This document shows, piece by piece, positions 8,747 through 16,691 of a DNA stretch of 63,603 nt. Where the stretch lies: contig JAWBMQ010000003.1 of assembly GCA_038828875.1 (NCBI GenBank), positions 1 through 63,603 on the forward strand, read 5' to 3'. Position numbers and translations under genes: made by a program. Below the pieces are notes generated by a model that saw only the letters and a program-made list of their open reading frames with translations, had not been told where the DNA came from and ran no database searches. The first letter of the stretch is position 1. Every line of letters begins with the position of its first letter. Origin of the DNA: Candidatus Woesearchaeota archaeon. Lineage in GTDB: Archaea; Nanobdellota; Nanobdellia; Woesearchaeales; JAWBMQ01.

Positions 8747-10627
8747 TCACAACCTTGAAGCTAAATTTGAAACATAACTTCTTTTACTGTAGGAATCAGG
8801 GAATGTGTAATGAGCACAATAAGGATCATCTTTAAATGCATTTGCTACATGAGCAATTCCTGAAAAATATCTATCAAATGTTGGATTAATTGCTTCAAAT
8901 TGTTTAGGATCTCCTAAGAGAATAATTTTACTATCATTACCAACCCTTCCAATAATTAACTTTAAAACAGTCTTTGAAAAATTTTGACCTTCATCAACTA
9001 TAATAAATCTTCGATTTAATGTTCTTCCTTGAAGAAATTGTGGAGGTAGAAACTCCAAAATATCATATTTATTTTCTAAATCATCTATAAATGTTTTTAT
9101 TCTTTGTAGTTGTTCATATGATTGATTTTCATAAGAAAACATATCAAATAGATTATCTTTAACAGATTCTTTCCATGGTGCCATTTTATCTTTTTCTGTT
9201 CCTGGTAAATAACCAAATCCTTTTCCTGCTAATTCTTCTAAGGGTCTTAAATAACTTATCTTTTCAACTATTCCTTGATAAACATAATACAATCCAACTG
9301 CCAAAGCTAAATAACTTTTTCCTGCACCTTGCTCTCCTATTACACTAACTAATTTAATACTTTGATCTAAAAGCAAATTAAAATAGGGAATTTGCTCGAA
9401 CTTAGGAGCAATATTATCATAAAAAGGCGATTCCTCAATCATTTTCTCAAAAGAATCCATTGAAAAATTTCTTTTTTTATCTGAAAAAATATGAGAAACC
9501 TCTTCAATTTTTTTAACAATTTCTCGTGTAGTTAAACCTTTTGTATTTTTTAATTTAGATAATGTTCTATAATATTCATTTATAAGCTCTTGTTCGGAAT
9601 ATCTTTCGCGAGAAAATTTATTTATCAACTTTTCATACGATACCTCTTCATTCTTTTTTTTAATTTTGTTCAAATAATCAATATATGCATTTAACAAAGT
9701 TATTTTTGATTTATCTGGAGCAACAATATTGTAGAAAAAATGCTCATCAATTATACTTTCATTATGTAATTCATCTACCAATTTTCCGCTATAAATTATA
9801 ATCTGATTTGGATAAAGCAAGTCAGGAGAAAGCTCAAAATGATAACAAAATTCATCTAAAGTTATTTCCAAATCTTTATAATTAACATTTCTAAAATTTT
9901 CAGCTCTTCTTAAAATAAACTTATCTAATTTTTCTTCATTATCAATTTCAACAACTATTTTTCCATCGTAAACTTGTCTATAATCGCTAATTCTTTCTTT
10001 TCTATATTCTTCAACATCTATTTGAATATTTTTTAACATTGTTTTTGTAAGCATATTTACGTCTTCACTTATCAAAATGATTCTCTTTTCTGGAAATATT
10101 CTTTTAATTTGCTCACAAGAATAAAGAATTCTATAATCGTTTTCATTATTTTTATGTGTCTGCTTTTTTTCAAACCATTTTTGAAATTCAGCTTCATTTA
10201 TTGGATAAATTATAACTTTTGCTCCATTTTCTAATGTAACTCCTGTAGTTAAGTTTTCATTTTGAGATTTTGCACGAATTGAAAGATATCTTATACTATC
10301 TAAAGCTCTTCTTGCTAAAAATTTCTGAAAATAAGAATGTTTATCACTATCTTTTATGTAATCCAATTCATCAAAAACAACTTCAGGAATAACTATGTTA
10401 TTAGGTTCTGATTTCTTGAATTGACCATAACCAGAATATTTGTCATACAATTCCAATGGAACAGAATTCCCTGAAAGAAAAAATAAACAGTAAGGATCTA
10501 ACATAAAAATATTAGTATCTGGAATGTAAATTTTTTTAGAATTTCCAGAAAGGTTTTTTCTTATTTTTTCTTCTAAAGTTTCGGTCATAGATTGTTGTAA
10601 AAATAATATGTTTAAATATTTTACCAT
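8747..10627 (-). CDS. PIN-domain / PhoH-like ATPase fusion (PhoH2/YlaK-type), unusually long
   Basis: N-terminal PIN acidic motifs (IPDTNIF, FDELD, ISEDVN). C-terminal PhoH P-loop GEQGAGKSYLAL and Walker B FIIVDEGQN. An alternative start lies at M14. Confidence 0.75.
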   Translation of the reverse strand: MVKYLNILFLQQSMTETLEEKIRKNLSGNSKKIYIPDTNIFMLDPYCLFFLSGNSVPLELYDKYSGYGQFKKSEPNNIVIPEVVFDELDYIKDSDKHSYFQKFLARRALDSIRYLSIRAKSQNENLTTGVTLENGAKVIIYPINEAEFQKWFEKKQTHKNNENDYRILYSCEQIKRIFPEKRIILISEDVNMLTKTMLKNIQIDVEEYRKERISDYRQVYDGKIVVEIDNEEKLDKFILRRAENFRNVNYKDLEITLDEFCYHFELSPDLLYPNQIIIYSGKLVDELHNESIIDEHFFYNIVAPDKSKITLLNAYIDYLNKIKKKNEEVSYEKLINKFSRERYSEQELINEYYRTLSKLKNTKGLTTREIVKKIEEVSHIFSDKKRNFSMDSFEKMIEESPFYDNIAPKFEQIPYFNLLLDQSIKLVSVIGEQGAGKSYLALAVGLYYVYQGIVEKISYLRPLEELAGKGFGYLPGTEKDKMAPWKESVKDNLFDMFSYENQSYEQLQRIKTFIDDLENKYDILEFLPPQFLQGRTLNRRFIIVDEGQNFSKTVLKLIIGRVGNDSKIILLGDPKQFEAINPTFDRYFSGIAHVANAFKDDPYCAHYTFPDSYSKRSYVSNLASRL

Positions 10628-10658
10628 TTTTTAGTGATTAAAAAGAATGATAAGCAAT

Positions 10659-10666
10659 TTTATAAA
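10659..10666 (+). promoter_or_regulatory. Putative TATA box (TTTATAAA)
   Basis: Begins exactly 30 nt upstream of ATG 10689. No SD. Confidence 0.4.
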
Positions 10667-10688
10667 TTTCGATTGCTAAAACATTTTT

Positions 10689-11207
10689 ATGGGACCATTT
10701 ACTAATTTTATCCTGGATTTATTATTAGGATTCATTTTGCCATTTATTATATTGTATATTCTATTGTACAGCAGTTTAAACGGTTTTCAAGGTTATACAA
10801 AACAACAGAAAAAAATAATTGTGTTAATCCTTATTTTGATGACTATTTTTCTTAACCAAGGTTTCAAAGGAAAATTTCAAGAGGCTGTGAATTCTTTAGG
10901 TGCTGGAATAATTATTTTTATGATAAGTTCTTTTGCTATTGCTGTTTTTGGTGCACGAATAAATGTAAAATCTAGAATGGGAAGATCTATCATTTTTTCT
11001 ATTGTTTATATGTTCGCTGATTATTTTACTTACTTATTTTTTGGAAATTATTTAACTAATTATATAATAAAAGGAATTTCGATAATTTTTTCTAGTTTAA
11101 GGAAAATAAACATCTATTTCGTTGGAACTATTTTGTTAGTCATTGGCTTAACATTCTTATTTATCAAGTATATGTATCCTGAATTGTTTAAAAAAAACAA
11201 AAACTAA
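10689..11207 (+). CDS. Hypothetical polytopic membrane protein
   Basis: 172 aa with about 5 hydrophobic segments and a TATA box 30 nt upstream. Confidence 0.55.
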   Translation: MGPFTNFILDLLLGFILPFIILYILLYSSLNGFQGYTKQQKKIIVLILILMTIFLNQGFKGKFQEAVNSLGAGIIIFMISSFAIAVFGARINVKSRMGRSIIFSIVYMFADYFTYLFFGNYLTNYIIKGISIIFSSLRKINIYFVGTILLVIGLTFLFIKYMYPELFKKNKN

Positions 11208-11494
11208 TACATCACTTTGAAATTATTTAAAGGCTCAAAGTAGCAAAGATGTTGATATTTTCTTATGAAGTTTTCAATTTCTTTAGAATCATATTCTTCT
11301 GTTTTTTTGTTATACCTTGCTAAATAATAATCAATCCTTTCAACATAAATTATTGAAAAACCTAGCTTTTCTAGATTCTTTACTATTTCTTCATCTAACA
11401 TTTTATAATTTGGTTTAAAGATGAACGATTTAGATTCATCTATTTTCTTTAGCAATTCTTCTAATTGCATTTTTATCACCCTTTGAAAGAGCAA
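11204..11494 (-). CDS. Hypothetical small protein (start uncertain)
   Basis: The ORF overlaps the subtilase 3' end by 59 nt. Internal ATGs at 11470 and 11401 are possible. No family recognised. Confidence 0.3.
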   Translation of the reverse strand: MLFQRVIKMQLEELLKKIDESKSFIFKPNYKMLDEEIVKNLEKLGFSIIYVERIDYYLARYNKKTEEYDSKEIENFIRKYQHLCYFEPLNNFKVMY

Positions 11495-12659
11495 AATCCA
11501 ACATCTTATCTACTCTTATTAATCCATAACCATATTCGTTATTGTGATTCTTTGAATCTAATTTTTCAGCAGTTACCTTCATGACTTCTTCTGCATATCT
11601 TTTATCTTTTACTACGGATAAATATAAAGCTAAACATCCTGTAACGTGCGGCGTAGCCATACTTGTTCCAGATAAATATTCATAAGAATTATCCAAATAA
11701 GTTGAATAAATATCCACTCCTGGAGCTGCAATATCTACCTTATCATTGTAATTGCTAAAATATGCTCTTCTTTTATCTTTATCTATTGCTGCAACACTTA
11801 TAACACCTTCACAGCTTGCAGGATAATTATATACTGAATTTCCATTGTTTCCTGCTGCTGCAACAAGATAAATATTTTGACTTGCTAATTTACAAATATC
11901 GTTTAATGCATTAGATGCATACCATGAGCCTAAACTCATATTTAGTACATTTATTTTATTATCAATACACCAATCTATAGCTCTAACTACATCAAATTCA
12001 TTTCCAGAACCATTTGAATCTAAAACTTTTAAAGAATACAATGTTGCTTCTAAAGCAATTCCTGTAGAATTTCCAGAAACAATTCCTGCTACATGTGTTC
12101 CATGGCCGTTATCATCAATAGGATTTTCATTTTCTTGTATAAAATTGTATCCTTTCTCTCTACCAAAATTATTCTTTAAATCTGGATGATTATAATCGAT
12201 TCCTGTATCAATAATTGCAACCTTTATTTTTTCTCCTTTTCCGTAGTTTTGTGAAACATAAACGCCTATTATGCTTAAATTCCACAATTGCTCAATCTTT
12301 GGGACAGAACTCATCAAATTATAAGATTTAAAACGAAATAAACCAAAAGCTTTTACTTCTAAAGAAACATCTAAAGATTCTAAAATAGCTTCAGATTTTT
12401 TCAAATCTATTCCTAACGCAGAACGTTCATATTTGTAGTATCTTAAAAGTTCAATAGCTTCTCTTCTTTCTAATTTAAAACCAAAATAAGGAATGTTATT
12501 GTAGTAATAGACCTTTTTTGAGAAACTATCTAAGATTTTTTCTAATTTTCTAGGATGTTTGGAATATTTTATGTAAAAATCATATTCTTCAAGATTTTGA
12601 TAGATTATTTCTTCCAACATTTGCGCTTTGGATTTATAATTTAATTTCAAAATTTTCAT
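11436..12659 (-). CDS. Subtilisin-like serine protease (S8) with no evident signal peptide
   Basis: Catalytic D (AIIDTGID), H (HGTHVAG), N (NMSLG) and S (SGTSMATPHV). The roughly 140-aa N-terminal region is hydrophilic. Confidence 0.85.
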   Translation of the reverse strand: MKILKLNYKSKAQMLEEIIYQNLEEYDFYIKYSKHPRKLEKILDSFSKKVYYYNNIPYFGFKLERREAIELLRYYKYERSALGIDLKKSEAILESLDVSLEVKAFGLFRFKSYNLMSSVPKIEQLWNLSIIGVYVSQNYGKGEKIKVAIIDTGIDYNHPDLKNNFGREKGYNFIQENENPIDDNGHGTHVAGIVSGNSTGIALEATLYSLKVLDSNGSGNEFDVVRAIDWCIDNKINVLNMSLGSWYASNALNDICKLASQNIYLVAAAGNNGNSVYNYPASCEGVISVAAIDKDKRRAYFSNYNDKVDIAAPGVDIYSTYLDNSYEYLSGTSMATPHVTGCLALYLSVVKDKRYAEEVMKVTAEKLDSKNHNNEYGYGLIRVDKMLDFALSKGDKNAIRRIAKENR

Positions 12660-12758
12660 ATTAGAATGCTAAATAAAAAGATCTAAAAAAATATTTAGCT
12701 AAAAGCTTCGTAAAAATTCCAAAAAAAGAAATAAAAAATTGAAAATCTTACACAATTT

Positions 12759-15551
12759 CTATTCTATTGAACTATAATTCACTTTCCAAACTATAACTTT
12801 TCCAGTTCCAACTGCAAAATCAGAATAGACTTTCTCAAAGTAAGGTTGAGTTTCTTCAAAATAAAACAACCTTGTAAATACTGAATCTACTAAATTGTAA
12901 TCAGATAACATTATTTTATTATTCATTATTATTACTCCAATTTCAAAACCTGATTCGTTGTAAAATACATTTCTTCCGTCAAAGATCCTTTTTGGAACCA
13001 ATGAAACTTGAGAATACCCTTTTGTATTTGAAATATATGCGTTATAGTAACCTGAAGCATTCTCAAAATTATAAACAAAAGAATCAATCACTAACTGATT
13101 ATTATTTTGATTAAAACCAATCTTTATTGGACAACTTAAAGTTAAGTTAGTGAGTTTACAATCAAAAGTATTTCCAAAATAACTTGGCCATGGTGCAATC
13201 CAAGAATTTGCAGCTCTATCAACATCTTTACTTGATTTTACTTTTTCAATTTCACTTGCTAAAGTACTTGCTTCTTTCACAGAAAAGTTGTATTTAGTTA
13301 TTAAATGCTCTTTTATTTGATTAAAGTTCATACTTCTTGTTTCAAGCCAAATTTTAGCTCTATAAAAATCCCAAATACCAAAATGAGCCCAAACACCTGA
13401 TTTTCCAACCATATCCTCTGAAGTTATAAAGTATTTTTCAGGTGGATTTTCACAATCAAAATAATTCAAAATTTCATCGATTTCTTTTTCACTGAAATTT
13501 CTCTCTTTCAAAATGTTTCTATATTCTGTTCTTTTAGAATTTAGTAAATTATAAAGTAAAACTATTGATTCATACGAATCATTCAATTTCTTATCTATCA
13601 ACTCAAATGCTCTATTGCTTCCACAGGACAACATCTTCAAAATTTTTACCGATAATTTGTAATCATTAGTCAATAATGCTTTACCCATCCAATGTGCCAT
13701 CGGAGTATTTTGACTACCTCCATCAAAAGTAACTCTTCTTTCAGCCATTGCCTTAAACCAATGTCCAAAATCCCACCAGGAATCAATTATTGCATCTTTT
13801 GCTGAATTTTCTCTAATGTACTTCATTGCTCTATCCCAGCCGCCAGTATACATCGGAAGATGATTCGCAGCTAAAAAAGATGCATTTGCATACATTGGAA
13901 ATAAAACTAAGCTAACGATTACAAATGAAGATATTAAAAACCTAAGATATTTGAAAACTTCTTTATCTTTTCTAAATAAAATATCATTCAAAAGATTAAT
14001 CAAAAACGATATTCCTATTGAAACGATCAACGCATAAGCAGGAACTACATAAATGTTAAATCTGATTCCCTTTAACGTTGCATATCCCATTGAACCTAAC
14101 CATGCAATTGCAATAAATAAAACAAAATGATAATCTTTTTCAGGATATCTTATGGAAAGATAAATCAATACAAAAATTCCAATAAATAAGATAGAAATAA
14201 AAAAGAAAGAATAAAATTTTCCTAAATTTTGCATATTTGTAGCTGCTGAAAAATAATTTTTATTAAATAATGCATTAAGAACATCATCTAAACTTCCCTC
14301 GTTTAATTCTGCTACTGTTGTAAAAACATTAGGCCAAATTGAATAACCCACTCCTTTCATTTCTCTAACTCCCCATAATGCACCTTGAATTGCATTAAAT
14401 ATGGTTAATTTATTAAATGCTAGAAAAATTGATGCTGAAATCAAAATAAATGCTAAATAAATTAACTCTTGTTTAATCTCTGCATCAAAAATCTTCACCT
14501 TTTTATCTTTAGTTTTCTTGTAAAACTTTACAAATATTAAGAAAATAAAATTTAAACCAAAAGCTAGAAGAATTACATCAAAAATATACCACCAACCAGG
14601 CCATTGAAGAGTGAAGAAATATAAAGATAATCCAAATAAAGCAGAAAAAATGATTAATTTTTTTAAATCTCTTCTATAGTTATAAGCTAAGTAAGCAAAA
14701 AGAACTACTAACAAAGAAAATAAGAAGTTTGGTGCATCGTTATCAGGTGCACCACCCATTGTTCTTGAAAGAATGAATGTATTTAAGCCAATGAATAATG
14801 AATACATGAAACCTGTTTTTAAATCATAGAAAAGATAACCTATCAAAAATGCAACAATTACTGTTAAAATAACAAATATTGCTGGAATATATAAGAAGAA
14901 TTTGTATGCTGAAATGCTTGAAAAAGGTTTAACAAAAGTTTTATATAAAAATGCACTTAATGAAGTATAAAAATCTTCTCTTGTTGGAGTTCCGAAAGGA
15001 GCAATCATTAAAGTATCATAACAAGTACCATTAATAATTTCATCACAAACCGTTCCTTTTTCTACTAAATTTTTGTATCTTCTATAGAAAAAAAAGCTAT
15101 CAATGTCTCCCATTAATGGTTCTCCTTGTTCATTGAAATATTCCTTTTTATACTGCTCAGCTGCTTGTTCTGCTTGTAGCTTTAGCTGTGTTCTAAATTG
15201 CTCATCCTTCATCATTTCTTTATATCTTTGCTCTACTAATTTATTTAAATCCTCATCACTTGGCCTTACTACGTATTTACTTAGTATTTCTTGTTTTATT
15301 TGCTCTTTTACATAATATTGCATATTTCTTTCTATGTTTTTTTCAATACCTTTCATATCTTCAAAGTAAGTTCTTACATTCCACGAAAGATAAATGGATA
15401 TATAGAGAAGCAAAAATAACCAGAACCATTTAGAATGAATAATATCTTTAAAATTCCATTGAGTTATATTTTTTTCTTGCTTTGAATTTTTTGCAACTGA
15501 TTCTTTCAAATGACCTTTTTGTTTCTTTTTTGAAGTAGTTTTCATTTTCAA
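12759..15551 (-). CDS. aglB: Archaeal oligosaccharyltransferase AglB/STT3
   Basis: 930 aa with a multi-TM N-terminal half and the WWDYG-type motif SWWDFGHW. Confidence 0.85.
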   Translation of the reverse strand: MKMKTTSKKKQKGHLKESVAKNSKQEKNITQWNFKDIIHSKWFWLFLLLYISIYLSWNVRTYFEDMKGIEKNIERNMQYYVKEQIKQEILSKYVVRPSDEDLNKLVEQRYKEMMKDEQFRTQLKLQAEQAAEQYKKEYFNEQGEPLMGDIDSFFFYRRYKNLVEKGTVCDEIINGTCYDTLMIAPFGTPTREDFYTSLSAFLYKTFVKPFSSISAYKFFLYIPAIFVILTVIVAFLIGYLFYDLKTGFMYSLFIGLNTFILSRTMGGAPDNDAPNFLFSLLVVLFAYLAYNYRRDLKKLIIFSALFGLSLYFFTLQWPGWWYIFDVILLAFGLNFIFLIFVKFYKKTKDKKVKIFDAEIKQELIYLAFILISASIFLAFNKLTIFNAIQGALWGVREMKGVGYSIWPNVFTTVAELNEGSLDDVLNALFNKNYFSAATNMQNLGKFYSFFFISILFIGIFVLIYLSIRYPEKDYHFVLFIAIAWLGSMGYATLKGIRFNIYVVPAYALIVSIGISFLINLLNDILFRKDKEVFKYLRFLISSFVIVSLVLFPMYANASFLAANHLPMYTGGWDRAMKYIRENSAKDAIIDSWWDFGHWFKAMAERRVTFDGGSQNTPMAHWMGKALLTNDYKLSVKILKMLSCGSNRAFELIDKKLNDSYESIVLLYNLLNSKRTEYRNILKERNFSEKEIDEILNYFDCENPPEKYFITSEDMVGKSGVWAHFGIWDFYRAKIWLETRSMNFNQIKEHLITKYNFSVKEASTLASEIEKVKSSKDVDRAANSWIAPWPSYFGNTFDCKLTNLTLSCPIKIGFNQNNNQLVIDSFVYNFENASGYYNAYISNTKGYSQVSLVPKRIFDGRNVFYNESGFEIGVIIMNNKIMLSDYNLVDSVFTRLFYFEETQPYFEKVYSDFAVGTGKVIVWKVNYSSIE

Positions 15552-15590
15552 TTAAGAAGAAAATAAAATATTTATAAATTTTTGTAATGT

Positions 15591-15929
15591 TTATTTTTTA
15601 TAATTATTTTTGAAATCCTCTACCGCTAATTCTTCTGTTAAATTTACAATTTTATCTTCTAAATCCTTTATCTTTGCATATAAAAGAATGAAAACATAAA
15701 AAAGAAAAGGAATGGTAATGTAAATAAATAAATCTGTTGCCCTTGAAACTTTGAAAATTTTAGCTAGTTGAAAAGATAATTCTGGAAAAATTGAAAAAAA
15801 CATCAAAACTAAACTAAAAGAAGAACCTAACAAAGCAACTTGATATCTTATCCTTTTAAATTTATAATTGAAATATGTAACTATCCAAAGAAACAATCCT
15901 AGTAAAAAAATCATTATATTTAGTAACAT
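15591..15929 (-). CDS. DUF2304-like small membrane protein (glycosyltransferase-associated)
   Basis: 112 aa with 3-4 TM segments and a C-terminal amphipathic helix (KIKDLEDKIVNLTEELAV). It lies immediately downstream of a GT2 gene, which is typical for this family. Confidence 0.55.
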   Translation of the reverse strand: MLLNIMIFLLGLFLWIVTYFNYKFKRIRYQVALLGSSFSLVLMFFSIFPELSFQLAKIFKVSRATDLFIYITIPFLFYVFILLYAKIKDLEDKIVNLTEELAVEDFKNNYKK

Positions 15930-15933
15930 ATTT

Positions 15934-16656
15934 TCACCAAAAAATCAATTTTTTTATTATCATCTTAATTCCTATTGGTATTGCATTTAAACTAGTTTGT
16001 TTATCAGATCTATTGAAATAACGTATAGTTACAGGAACTTCACACAACTTAACCTTACTTTTTGCAACTATATCAATTAACTCTGATGCATAAGTCATAT
16101 CTCTAAATTTAAATCTAAGCTTAGGATATATTGTTTTTGTGAAAGCCCTAAAACCATTATGAGAATCTGTTAACCATATTCCTGATACTATATACGTATA
16201 TATTCTTCCTAATTTTAATACTAATTTTCTAGTTATTGAAATATTTATAGCTTCCCCTAATTCTATAAATCTAGAACCTATAACTACATCGTAACCTTGA
16301 TTTAACTTTTCTATAAATTTATCAATATCTTTAGCCATATGTTGTCCGTCTCCATCAAAAACAATTACTGCTGAAAAATCCATCAATTCGGCTATTTTTA
16401 ATCCTGTTTCTAATGCAGCTCCTGCTCCTAAATTGATTTTATGTCTTACAACATAAACTCCTAACTCTTTTGCAATACTATATGTTTTATCTTTTGAACA
16501 ATCATCCACTACTAGAATATGCTTACAACCATGTTCTCTTAAATCCTGAATAACATTTGCAATGGCTTTTTCCTCATTGTAAGCTCTAACTATGATAAGA
16601 ACATTATCTTTTGAATACTCAATTTTTTTAGTATTATTGATACTTCCTTTTTTCAT
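15934..16656 (-). CDS. Family 2 glycosyltransferase (dolichyl-phosphate sugar synthase-like)
   Basis: GT-A motifs IIVRAYNEE, VVDDCSKDKT and DGDGQH. Confidence 0.8.
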   Translation of the reverse strand: MKKGSINNTKKIEYSKDNVLIIVRAYNEEKAIANVIQDLREHGCKHILVVDDCSKDKTYSIAKELGVYVVRHKINLGAGAALETGLKIAELMDFSAVIVFDGDGQHMAKDIDKFIEKLNQGYDVVIGSRFIELGEAINISITRKLVLKLGRIYTYIVSGIWLTDSHNGFRAFTKTIYPKLRFKFRDMTYASELIDIVAKSKVKLCEVPVTIRYFNRSDKQTSLNAIPIGIKMIIKKLIFW

Positions 16657-16691
16657 ATTTTTTGAAATAATTAATTAAAATAAAAAAGTTA

